DNA of 64,000 bases from Chrysomallon squamiferum. Taxonomy: Eukaryota; Animalia; Mollusca. Positions 27,343-40,935 of this stretch are shown here, in pieces (the first letter of the stretch is position 1; every line of letters starts with the position of its first letter). The position numbers and the translations under genes are program-made. The stretch spans positions 18,166,001 to 18,230,000 of the forward strand of contig CM022671.1 of assembly GCA_012295275.1 (NCBI GenBank), read 5' to 3'. The notes under the pieces are model-generated. The model saw only the letters and a program-made list of their open reading frames with translations. It had not been told where the DNA came from and searched no databases.

Positions 27343-28190
27343 AATGGTAGGTTGGAGGGGTAGAAAATCATTCATTTGTAGAGCCTCCTTTTGATCATTA
27401 ATTTAGTCTCAGCCTATACTGGTTTTCATTTTTATTATTATTATTGTGTTATTATTATTATAATGTGTGTGTGTGTGTAGGGGGTGTTCATTTTTAATCT
27501 TTTTTTAAATATTTATTTTAACCCTGAGTATTTTTTTCGGATTGTTTGATGCTGGCTATTTTTCACTGTTTGTGTTCTCATTTTTTATTTGTTTATTAAT
27601 TAATTAATTAATTTATTTTATTTTACTACTTCTACTATCTGTTTTTATATATATATATATATATATTAATAAATATCAATTATCTTTTTTCATTTTCTTT
27701 AACAAAAAATTTTGAAATGACTTTTTTTTTTTTAAATTATTATTCTGTCACTAAGGCATTTTGAACTCTTCTCAACTACAATAATTTGAACTGACATTTT
27801 TATTACTGACTTCACATCTCCTGAAATAAAACTGTGTAGATTGACATTGCTATCAACTCCAGGATAAACTCTGCCCATCAAACATTTATCAGCTTATGGC
27901 AAAAGAGTTCTGCACCTTGACAAGCATGCACCACTGGCAGCCATTAGACTGTCAGGAAGATAATTCAGAGATGTCATCAGCTCTTTGTTTCCTCTGCCTG
28001 GCAAACAGCCCACAGCAATGCTGGACTGACATACAATTATGATGAAGCACTAAGGTAATCTGCCTGAAGGGGGCGCTGCTAGACCTTTATATCATATAGG
28101 AAAACCCCATAAATACAAGTTCAACCATGACAAGTTGATTAATCTTTTTTTTTTTTTTTTTGCTTATCTGATGAAAATAGAACTATGCTC

Positions 28191-28221
<31 letters not shown>

Positions 28222-28559
28222 ACATAATATAAATAAAATGGTATTAAATTAAATTAAATGAATAATAAATAAATAAAATTATATATATATATTTCAACAA
28301 AAAATATAAAGGAAAGTAAAAATGAAATAGAATTGAAATAAATGAAATTTATTATTTATTTCTGGTATGGCATGTTTTATTGTATGTTAACAGCTGGTTG
28401 CTCATCATGTGTGAATCTATCTAAAATATGTAAAATTAATCAAAATAAATTTAATCAGACTGACAGAAAACTAAATTATTGCCCCCTAAAAAATTTTGAA
28501 TAAAGATTAATTTAAATATATTTAAGAATGCAGAATGTTTTATTAACATTAATGTAAAA

Positions 28560-28765
28560 GCTTGTTGGCTACTATGACAGAACCTCTACAGTATTTTAAA
28601 TGGAACTATAACAAGAGACAGAATTACGTAAATTCAAAAATTAAACAAAATTAAACAAAAGACTATCAATAAATAAATATTTAAATACCATTACTGCTAC
28701 TACTACTACTACTAATAATAATAATAAAATGATGATGATGATGATAAAAATACTAATACTAATAC

Positions 28766-28802
<37 letters not shown>

Positions 28803-30850
28803 TAAAAATGAAATGATGATTATGACTGTAATAAATAAATAAATAAATAATACTAATAATAAAATGATGATGATGATTATAATAAACAAATAAATAAATA
28901 ATAAAAATAATAACAACAATAATAATAATAATAATGATGACTGGGGTTTCATTAGTGTGTGAAAGTTTTTAATTATGAAAATTAATAAAACTCAACACAT
29001 TTGTGGACTAGTATGATTTTATCAAATTCTGACAAATACAACAGCTGTTGGCTGTCAATAACTGACCTACAGAATTAATTTAGAACAAGTAAATAATAGA
29101 ACAGGGGAAAAAATAGTTGAGTTATTAATGTTTGGGATTTTGTAATTTGATTTCTGGTGCAGTTTATTACATCCACACACTGAATCAATCTATCCAGACT
29201 GCTTACCTGGTCATCATAACAATCCAAATTTCCACAATATATTAAAACAGACTATAACTGTGACAGACAACGCCATGGTGATTTTTAAATTTTATTATTA
29301 TTATTATTATTACTAATAATTGGTAAACTTTAAGAAATTTCTGATAATTATGAATATACTATATTCTGACTGACTCTAATTACCTTCATGTCAAACACAG
29401 TTTACTAATTTTTATAAAAAAATATACAGCATTATAACAGGGTGAGAGAAAACAAATCTGTGTCCAGAATTTTGTTTATTTAGGAAACTGGAAGAATTAA
29501 CATGCAGCTGTTATATTTGTGACAACTCTTATTAAACATATACCTGGCCATCATAACAAACAGACTTTCCTGAATATATTAAAATAGACTATAACTGTTC
29601 AGAAAACAGGACTGTGATTCTCTTCATTTATTTATTTAATATTCTGAACTTTTGAAACTTTTGAAACTTTTGAAAATTACAAAAATAAACATTTATTATA
29701 CAAGTTGTTACATTCAGACCAACTCTAATGATAAAGCTACTGGAAGATCTGATTGACTTTCACAACATATTAAAACAGACTATAACAGTTACAGAAAACA
29801 AGACGTGACTGTTTTTCTTTTCTTGTTTTTAAATGTCCCAAATTGTAAATTATGAAGAAGAAAAAAAGAAAAAAAAAAAAATAAGAAGGAAAAAAATATT
29901 TCTCCTACAATGATAAGACATCTGGCTATCCATCATAACAAACACGATTACCACGGTATTTTGGAATCAACTATAACAAAAATGACAGAAAGCAGACATA
30001 AACAAGTTTGTATTCATGAACTAGTATTTATGCCGTATATTACAGGCAGCAGTTAAAACACAGCCTATAACACTTCAAGAAAGAACACAGGATTTTAAAA
30101 CGCATTCTGGCAGATCTAATTTTCAATACTTAAAAATGATTTCTTTATGTAACAGACAGAAAACAAACAAAAAGAAAGAGTGTAACCATAACCACTAATT
30201 ATTTTTCCTATAATATCTTTTTAACATTTAATGTCTGGGTGAGAATGAAGTGAGTAAACAAAAATAAAAATGTGAAACAAGTTGTACCTTTTCCACCAAA
30301 CAGTATGAATATACTAGTTTATTGATACTAAACAAATAATTAAGGATTGTGGAAGAATATAATGACAGAAAATTTTAAAACAATATACAAATGACTACAA
30401 ATACTCCTAGTCCTTTTAACAACAAGTAACGGAAGAAGACATTTAAAAACAAGACTATGAATAATATATCATAGGGATTTTAACTATAGTCAGTTTCAAA
30501 ACATATTTTATGTAACACCACATTAATAATTATTTGAACAAAACAAAAAGCACCAAAAGTCAATACAATTTAAAAACAGACTATATATCTGAACCATTTT
30601 CATTAAAAACAAAAACAAAACCCTCATAACAGGATCTACATTTTAAAAATAGACTATAAAGAAAGCCATTTTCTATTTGTAACAAAGGAAAACAAAAACA
30701 AAAAATTTATATTCTGTATATTAAAACAAAAGGAGAAATAAAATTCATTTATATATTTTCTTGAAATGTAGAGAAATCATTTCTAAAACAAACAAAAGAG
30801 AAAAACAGACTTAAAAATTATCTTAAATCTGAAACAAACTATATTTAACC
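28560..30850 (+). repeat. Highly decayed array with recurring TTAAAA(C/T)AGACTATAAC motif
   Basis: Motif seen at ~28596, 29242, 29579, 29770, 30054, 30443, 30570 and 30643. The longer context ACCTGG.CATCATAACAA recurs at ~29205 and ~29542. Confidence 0.7.
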
Positions 30851-31879
30851 CCCACATGCCTTTTTGGGTTAACAGTCTGGACAAAGTTTAGTAGGACCAG
30901 CCAGAAAGTAGTTCCTGCAGGTCAATTCATAATCAAAGTCATCAAATGGTCCATAGCATGACAAAATATCATTAACAGCAAACTGTATCTGATTATACTG
31001 TGTAAAAATGTACCAGTTGAACTCAGGCTATATTTCTTGTAATGTTAAGTAAAACAAATATGTCTGGTGTAAATAACACTTGAACTTCAATGTTTGTTTT
31101 CCTGTAGAGACAGATTTTGTAGTTAACTTATATATTTCTTTAACAGTGCCCAAGAACATAATTATTTTACTTTTCTTCATTTTATTTATTTTAAATTTAT
31201 TTAAATTACTCTGTATTTTTCACATATTTAATTAATTATAAGGACATGATTTTACTTTTCTTTCTTTTTCAAAAAAACAAAACAAAAACATTTCTAAATA
31301 ACTAGATTTAAGTAACATTCCATGTAATTATCAATACTTTGAAAACTATATCTTGTAATACTTTCCATTACTTCAACATAAACACATTGTAAAAAAAAAA
31401 TTTAAAAAAAAAATTAAAAACATAAGCAATAACAGAAAAACCCACAATACTAAAAACCAAACTAATACAACAATAACAGCAAAATAATATTTTTGTTTGT
31501 TTCAAAATATAACTAACATTATTTGACAAAATCTAAATTTCCGACTGCTACCATTTCCCTTCAAACAAAAATTCTTTATTTGTACTGGCAGCCATGTTAT
31601 TTTAAAAAAAAAACAACCAATGCATCACTTCCAGGTGACAGAAAAAACTAAAAAAAAAAAAACCCAACAGAACAGAAAAAAAACATTTTGTAGAAATCAA
31701 TCTGCCTCAAGTTTTTCACAGCCTTGTTCAATTTCCCATCAAACTGTCTGCAGTTGTCAACCACAACAACCAAGCCCAGCCCATGTTTTTTTGCAGTTTT
31801 CTTAGAAATGTTAGCTTTTTACACTGATTAAAAAAGGGTAAAGGAAGGATAAAGACATAAAAGTGTGATGTATTAATAA

Positions 31880-31919
<40 letters not shown>

Positions 31920-32018
31920 GATGATGATGATAAAATGTTTAAATAATAAAAAATGATATAAATTTATTTAAAAAAAGTATACCTGTACTTTGAAATGAGG
32001 GTCAAATAATTATCTGCC

Positions 32019-32066
<48 letters not shown>

Positions 32067-32311
32067 AATGAAAGAAAAGAGAAATAGAAATGATATATTT
32101 TTAATTATTTTGTTTTGATACAGTTATGAGAAGAACAAAAAGAAGGTTTTCTTTGTTGTCGTTTTGAAGGTCAGTGTTGACAGAGGTGGTATTTTTATAT
32201 ATATGTGTGTGTGTGTGTTTTTGTGTTTTTTTGGTTGTTACTGAAAATAAATAAATAGTAAATGAAATGTTTTTCTTTTGTGCCAGAAGAAACATCAAAA
32301 ACAAAAAATCC

Positions 32312-32351
<40 letters not shown>

Positions 32352-33932
32352 CAATAAAAGCAATATAAATAAAAACAATAATAACAATAATAAAAAAAAT
32401 TAATTAAAAACACAAAATAAATAAAAACAAATAAAATACAATTCTATTTTTAACTCTTTTCTTTTAAGGTTCTGATTTCATTTTTATTTGACATTAAAAT
32501 CTCCATCAAGTATGTTTTTGCAGTCATCAATTTTTCAACAATTCTAATATTTCAATTCTGTTTAATAAAAAGTATTGAAATGTTTCATCTGTCGATACAC
32601 CTACATCTGTCTCTCTGAAATAACATCACTGTTGTCCATTTAAAAAAACAATTAAATTAGGCTATAAATGTTACTTCAAAGAGAACATGTTACTAATACC
32701 ATCTTTCAAACCACACACGTTGGCATAACAGAAAAAATAGGATGTTTACAAATATGTTTGTTAAGAAATTTATCATAACATTTATTTCAGTGATGTGATA
32801 TGCAATCTACTAAAGGTAATGTTAGGATGGACAAAAAAAAAAAAAAAAAACCCAAAATGCACACTTACGCACAGAAAGGAGAAAAGGATCTGTTAAAAGT
32901 TCATACTACTATTCTTTTTGAATTATTAATTCCTGCACAGAAAAAAAAAAAAAAAAGAAAGAGTTGATATATAAATAACAGAAATAACAATTGTAGTAAA
33001 CATAGTAGCAGTAGTAGTAGCAGTAACAATGATAGTGGTGTAGTAACAACAAAAGCAAAAACAATAGTAGAATACTATTAGTAGCAGTAGTAGTAGAAGC
33101 AGCAGTATTAAAATATTATTATTGTTATTATTAATGTTATGTTGCTAATATTAATATCAATATGTACTTTTGTTATTATATTAGTTACCATTGTTGTAGT
33201 TATTGTTATTACAGAAAAGCTTTGCTATTATTATAAAACGTAATACTGTATCTGACCTATGGTTCAACATAATATTGTTATTATTATACTTTATTTAGCT
33301 TGGGGGTTAACCTAATATATTAGAGTTTCTAACTCCAGCCTTCTATAGAAATAAAGCCAAACTTTTCTGAAATGGGACTTGCCACATTTGCTTTCAATCA
33401 TTCATCTGGAAATCAGGAACAAAGGAAACTTGCATCTAGGCCTTCCAGTGCTTCGCCTGTTTGCTGAAACCAAGGGGGTGATGACCTTTGACCAATGTGT
33501 CATGTCAAAGGTCACCTTTGTTTGTAAACAGTAAAACTTTGCTGCTGAATAAAACCAAGATCAAGAATTTTATTTATTTTTTTATTTTTTAAAAGTATTA
33601 ATTCTTTTTTAATCTTTCAAATATTGATTTGTATGAAATTTTAAAACTTTTTTTAAAAGGAATGAAAAAAAAGAAGAAAGAAAGAGGTAATTTAATGAAC
33701 TATTGAGATTTCAATCACAAATTATCCAGTATTTTCATTTTGATTTTTCAAACATTTTCACAAAGTTTATGATGCAAAATTAAATATCTGGTTGAATTTA
33801 ACTAGAAACACTCAAATATTTATTCTATAAAATACCCAAATTGTGGAACATAAAACAAATTTAGGACAATGGAAAATTTAGAAAAATATATTCAGTGACC
33901 AAATTACAGTTTTATGTATGTATGAATATCTG

Positions 33933-33965
<33 letters not shown>

Positions 33966-36065
33966 CTGTCTATCTGTGTATGTATGTATGTATGAATTTG
34001 TATGAATGTCAGTGTGCATGTATGAATATAATTATTTACATTTTTGTAAGCTACAATAAAATAGATAGAAACAATAATGATAATGGGTTTTTCTTTTGTT
34101 CTGTTCTTATTATTCTTCAAATCAACCATGTTTACCAAACAAAAATTTCGTGTTTTTACAAACTTGATTGCTTTTGACCGATACCAATCAATTGATGAAG
34201 TCCATTGTAAAACAAATATTCACAATCACAGGTACGCAGAGTTTCCAGGGAGACATCAGGTACTAATTGTTAGCTACTGGCATTCTGCCAAAGGATGCCA
34301 TTGTCTGTTGGAAGATTCAGAAGCACTGTGTTTGGTGGAAACACTGTGATTAATTCTAAGTTATTGATGACCAGTACTAATATATATTGGAATTCTGATT
34401 AAAAACAAGGATCAGAATGTTATCACCATAGAAGAAAATGTCATCATTTTTTTAACTGTGAATTTGAAAACTGCTAATTTTGTATTGATGGTGAATTTCG
34501 TAATTTCCTCCCCCACCCCATTCAATTTGGCCAAAATTTATTTAAAAAATCAATTTAAAAAAAAAAGAATGTTTCAATAAGTTTTTAAAAACTTCCATAA
34601 ATTAATTGAATTAAAATATATACACACACGTACACACAGATACAAACACATACACATAAGGTTCAAAAGGTAATTTAAAATTTTTTTATTTTTATGGAAC
34701 ATCAAATATTTAAAACAAAATGTCAATATTTTCTGTGAAATATTTAGGTAGAAGACTATCCCATGTAATATTGGCTCATGTTAATGACTGGTTCTATCAA
34801 TATACAAAAATCTTTGAGTTTTAACACAACTGTAAGTTAGAAAAAAAAGAATTAGAAATACTGAAGACACTAATTCTGTTACCAAAGGTTTATTATTAAA
34901 CACATATATAAGAAAAAAAACACCCTCACAAACAGAACTATATTAAAATATAGTACTGTATATGTACATGTACATATGTATGTATATATGTTTCTATATA
35001 TGTCTTTCTGTATTTATGTCTTTCTGTATATATATCTTTGTCATTCTTTATATAAATTTGTCTGTATGTGCTTATATAAATGTTAATATGTACTGGATGC
35101 ACATTTGAATGTATTTTTTAATGTACACATAATTATTTACACTTCTATTTTAAAATATTTATACATGTGTTGCTATAGCAACACTTTATATATCAGGGTA
35201 TGAAGACATCTGCCTCTCTGTGGGAGCTGGAGGGTTATTAGTTTGTGCCTTTCTGTCACTTTTACCCCTCTCACAGACTTTATAGCTAACCTGCAGAGAG
35301 AAATCATCTGTCCATGCCTAAAGTATTCAGAATCAGCCCTGGGTTACCTCAATGTAAATGACATCCAATTTGCATATGAAAACCCTGAGGTAAAATATGA
35401 CCTTGTTACCTGGCTTGAAAGGTCAACTGAGCTGCGCTTGCTTTCTTGCTAGTAACAGTAAACTATTGACAAGTTTAATGACAATGGATTCAAGGAGAAT
35501 GGTCTGGAAGAAAACAAATGGCTGCTTGTCGAACTTATAATAGCAAAAAATGCTTTATCTCCACGTGGTAGAAGTTCTTTGTCTTGCAGACGTCCCAGCA
35601 CCCACATTTTTCCATTTCTAACCTAACTGTGAAATATCAGCGTCCACATTTTCATGGATTTAGCAGCCAGATTAAATAAAACCAAAAGCAAGTAGTTTTC
35701 AAATGTCACGAAGATGAAATGTCGGGTTCTGTGTTTGCACACGCAGCAGCATTCGGTGAAATTAAATCAAGTCTGATGCTAAGAACTTTTGAAAAGTATG
35801 GAAGGTTTATCTCGTGTTTGGAAAACGGACTACAGCAGACGTTTCAGTGTTTGTTCAGATAAAGCAAGTGTGTTAGGTGATACTTTCTTCTTTCTTTCTT
35901 CTTCTTTCTTCTCTTTTTTCTCTTTTGGAAATTGTGCAGGGTGTTTTATTTTTCAAGGTTATACATACATCAAACCAATAAAGCAGAGAGGAAGGAAATT
36001 GATTTAATTCTTAATTAACAAAGATAATTACTGATCTTAATGAGACATTATCTGAAGATTCCACA

Positions 36066-36930
36066 TTATTATTGTTCATTATTTACTATAAATTATACTA
36101 ACTGCAGACAGAAAACTGTATAGTAAGGTTATACAAATAAATGGTAAACTAATAAATATTATCTCTAAAGTAATAAATCTTTTTATTAACCCTCCCCAAA
36201 AAACAGCTGAAAACCCCCAACAAAATAAATAACAAGAACACTACAATTTTTTTAAATACACCAGCGTAACCCCTATCTAATCCAACAATTTCAAAAACCA
36301 TATCGCAAATAACACATCAAACTCATACATTACGAAACAAAAGATAATAAAAACCTCAATAAACTCATTATCATAAAATATGTCACGGAAATCGGGGCTT
36401 CCGCAATCTCAGCAAAGGGTGAAGCCATTGTAAAATCATTAACATAAAAAAACACTGCCTGGACAGAAACCCTGGAATAAAATCGTAACAAAGACATTAA
36501 CATACTAAATTAACGGGCCAACGAAATTATTTCTGTCTTTGTTTTAAGGCCTGGTCAAGCATAAAGCACTGCAGATTTAGGGTTTATTGTCTAAATCTGG
36601 ACAATAAAGCCGTGGCTGGTCTGATATAATGAACCGTGCTCTCCCACTTGACAAAAGAAGGAATTTTAATTTCAAGGCTATGGCAACAGCTGCAGAACGT
36701 GTAAGTCTATGGAAGATCTCGTGACTAACACGAGTTTGTGAAAAAACACAAGAGTTCAGAGATTTTAGTTAACGCTGGCTGTGACAAAAACAACACTGAT
36801 AATACTGTTTAAAAAAAAAAATCTATATAATCTCACTCTCTCTCACTCACTCACCATCTCCCTCGCCAATACACACATCTTTCTATATTTTATTCTTTGT
36901 CTCTACCTTCACACTTAAAAAATAAAATAA

Positions 36931-36983
<53 letters not shown>

Positions 36984-37522
36984 CCCTCCCTCTCCCCAAG
37001 TATCATTGTACATTATTTCACTCTTTTCAGCTTAATCTTTCTTACATTTTTCATCCCTCGCTCTTTTCTTTTTTTCCTATATATTCAACACTATGATTAA
37101 TAGTAAAGAATGCCATCTTCAAACCAAATAAAGAGAGACCAAATAACAATATTTATCTGTTCGCCGACACAAAAACATTCTGTTTTTGGTCTTGGGTGTT
37201 TTTCTTACTCATTTTCATGATAACAGTGGGAGTGCAGTCATGAACCACTGATAAATTGAGAACGTTATCAAAACAAACTTAATCTCGAGTTTCTCATGTA
37301 CCTCCACATTTTTACACCTTTCCCACCCCTTGTCTGGTCTCCATCCACTACTCCCAGCTCTCATTAATGTCGGGTTTGTAAACCAAACTGAGGATTTCAG
37401 CAGATGGATGTGGATTGATAAGACAGTGTAGATAAAATTGTTTACAAGCATCAGGTATCGTTTTGAGTATGGACATTTCTGTAGTTGTCTGTATGCTGTG
37501 AAAATGATCAGCAATATAACAT

Positions 37523-37558
<36 letters not shown>

Positions 37559-37852
37559 ATAACTTTTTCCATGTTATTATTGTTCATTATTTATTTTGTG
37601 ACATTGTTTATTATAAATTAAACTTAACTGTGGACTGAATACGTTTAATAAGGTTGTACAAATAAAAGGTAAAATAATAAATATTACCTCTAAAATAACA
37701 GATCTTTCCATTAACCTACCAATGAAACAACAAGTATGTTATAATTTTAAATACACCAGCATAACCCCCATCCCATCCACACAGTTTCAAAAACCCATAT
37801 AAAAAAGTAACACGTAAAACTCATGCGTTACAAAACAAAAGATAATAAAAAC
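36066..37852 (+). repeat. Diverged direct repeat pair (~36066-36355 and ~37573-37852)
   Basis: Shared TTATTATTGTTCATTATTTA, TAAGGTT.TACAAATAAA.GGTAAA.TAATAAATATTA, TTTAAATACACCAGC.TAACCCC and AAACAAAAGATAATAAAAAC. Confidence 0.85.
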
Positions 37853-37874
37853 AATTTTTTTTTTTTTTTTCTCC

Positions 37875-38830
37875 CTTAAACTATTGGTAACAAAGAATGA
37901 AATATACTATTATTTACTGATAAAAGTATATCTTGTAAAAATGTTATGAATGTATATGCAATAACTTTATCATATTTTACATGTGCAGATGTTGCAGTTA
38001 ATCCTGTGTAATTGTTGTTTTGTTTTATTGTGCTGGGTTTTTTTTCATTAAACTACTGGTAGCAAAAGACCCTGGATTACAATGTTATTTACTGATAAAA
38101 TACATGTCATTAACACTGTACTATGTACCAAACCCTGTAAATAACTGTATAATATGATGATTATTTTTCCATTTAACTACGTGTAACAAAGAATGGAATG
38201 TACTGCTAGTAACTGTATACAGATAAAGTATATGTCACAAAAACTGTACTGATATGAATAAGTATGTGATAACTATAACATCATTATCATATTTTGTATG
38301 TAAAATGTACCAAACCATGTAGATGATGGAATAAATTGATGATTCCCTCCCCCCCCCATTGAACTGTTAGTAAAAAAAGAATGGAATATACTATTATTTA
38401 CTGTGGATATATAACATAAACTAAATGTTATAAAAAATATACTGTTAAGAATAAGTATGTAAAACAGTAACATCATATTCTGAATGCAACCTGTTTACCT
38501 CCTGTAGTTAATGGTGTACAATGTATCTTTTTAAGATAAAGGAAAATACTAATATTTACTGACAGAGTGCATATTATAAAAATGTTATGAATAAATAAGC
38601 AATAACTTTAACAACATATTTTGTTTGTAACATGTATCATCAGATCTTGCAGATAATGGTTTATAATTGTTGTTTTTTCTGCATTAACTACTTGTTACAA
38701 AGACTGTTATTTATTGATAAAGTATATGTCATAAAAATGATACTGTTATAAACAGTGTTATATTTTGTATGTAACATGTATCATATAGATGATGGTGCTT
38801 ATTTATTTCTATGTACCAAAGCAGTAGTAA
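37875..38830 (+). repeat. Old degenerate tandem array (irregular ~130-200-bp units)
   Basis: Recurrent TTAA(A)CTAC...GTAACAAAGAATG.AAT.TACT.TTATTTACTGATAAA.TATATGTCAT blocks. Confidence 0.7.
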
Positions 38831-40419
38831 AAATATTTCACACAAGACGTAAGCTAATGTTTCTTAATGGAAAACAGAAAAAGGTAAAAATTGCTTTGTC
38901 TTACAAGGTTTTGCTTAAAACAAAATTCAAAGTAAAGATACTGCATTAGCCAAAAAAAAAAAATAATAATAATAATTAGAAAAAAAGAGAGAGAGAGAAA
39001 AAAAAGAACATAACAAAAGAAAGAAGAAATGCAAATATGAAAAAAAAGACTATAGGATCTAATTTTATTTTGACTGAAAATAAAGAAAGATGATTTGCAT
39101 AAATAAATAAAATAATTAAATCCACAATAACAAAAATTATTTATTTTATAACTAAAAGAAAAAACCTAAGCAACTGCAATTAAAAGCATAATTGCATCCA
39201 GCCCTAAAAGTATGTAATTATTATTAATGAAAACATAAAGCTGTTTCTTTTTTTTTGTTGTTCATTACTAACAGAAAGATAAAAAACCATATGTTCCACC
39301 AATTCAAAAATGTTTTTAAAACAACAGTATTAATTTTCAAATAAATGACTGGAATTAGAATTTAAATTGTGAAGTGCACTTTTATGGAACATCAATTTTC
39401 TGTAAAATGCCTCCATCTGTTAAAAAAGTTCACTGACTGACAGAACGAATAAATCTTTCTTGTTTTTTCCTTTTCTTCGTTATAAATGATGATGTCTAAA
39501 GTTTGGACAAGCATTATAATTTAAGGCTATGTAATATTTAATGTCAAGCACAGATAATAAATAAAAAGTATATTCATGTTTATTACAAGCTTAAAATGCA
39601 GTTTCACTGCAGTAAATTATATCTTGAAGACAAGTCACCGTTATGAAATCCTGGATTCATCTGAGATTTTTATGGTTGTGGAATAAATTCAGGAGACAGA
39701 AAAAAATGTCAGATGTTATATTAAACTATTAAAGTATTTAAATTTAATAATTTAAAAGTCACACACAAACACATATTCACATACTGAAACAGCAACACAG
39801 ACGCACATAAATTCCTGACATTGATAACATGAAACTCAATCAGCAAACTTTGGTCTACTCTCATCAGTTAGCAGTAATGGCTCTTTAATATGCACCTTCC
39901 TACAAACAGGAAACACACACGTATATGACCTTTGTTAAAAGCAATCATGGAGCACGGGCATGAACGTGAATAGTTAAAATGGGAAAACCATGGAGGATTG
40001 AACTGTCCTACTTAACAAAATATATAATGTATAAAAATAAGGATCAATTATAATGTCCTTCATGATCAGCAAATAATGTAAATATGTTTTATATACTTCA
40101 TGGATCATTAGCTATCTTTCTACATACAATGTGAAGTACTCGTTTCACCACACTTCAACAAGCAACAATAGAAGATAATGGGGTACTACGCTGTCAAAGT
40201 AAATGAACACATAAATAACAAACATATGGAGTGGGCAACATTAAGGACATTTCACCCATAATTTCAAGTGCAGGTGTACCGTTGTATTGTCATATAAATA
40301 GTAAGTTCAAATAGGAATTTAATGAGGGAGACACACAGAGGCAGAGACTGGGATAGAGAAAAAGAGAAAGCAGGAGCAAAAGAGACAGAGAAAGAAAGAA
40401 AAATACAGAGAGATTGAAA

Positions 40420-40935
40420 CAGTTATACATAGATACTAATATGAAATAAATGCTGGCAAAACAATAGGATAAATATAATTGTTATTTGTAATAGATGGTG
40501 CAAAAGTAACTTGTAACAATAAATAACAATAGGTAAATCCATTCTGATATGTAACAATAAGCAATAATGAGTAACTCCATGCTGACATATGACAATAAGT
40601 AATTCCAAACTGACATGTAAGATATTAACTTGATACTAACTTGTAACAACAGGTAACAAATGAATACTTTTATAGATACATGTAACATTAAGTTATGAGT
40701 GACTTGTAACAGTAAGTAACAATGAGTAACTGCATACTAATATTTGAATAAGCAGTTATGAGTAACTCTGTACTGACATGTAAAAACTGTAATGAGTAAC
40801 TCCATACTAAAATATAACAGTAGCTAACCCCATTCTGACAATGTAACAAAAAGTAACAAGTAACTTACTGGTAACTTGTAACAGTAAGTAACAATAGGTA
40901 ACTCTATACTGACATGTAACATTAAGTAACAACCA
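40420..40935 (+). repeat. Degenerate ~38-bp minisatellite (TGTAACA.TAAGTAACAATGAGTAACTCCATACTGACA)
   Basis: Recurrent GTAACAAT/GTAACTC..TACTGACATGTAAC motifs. Confidence 0.8.
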
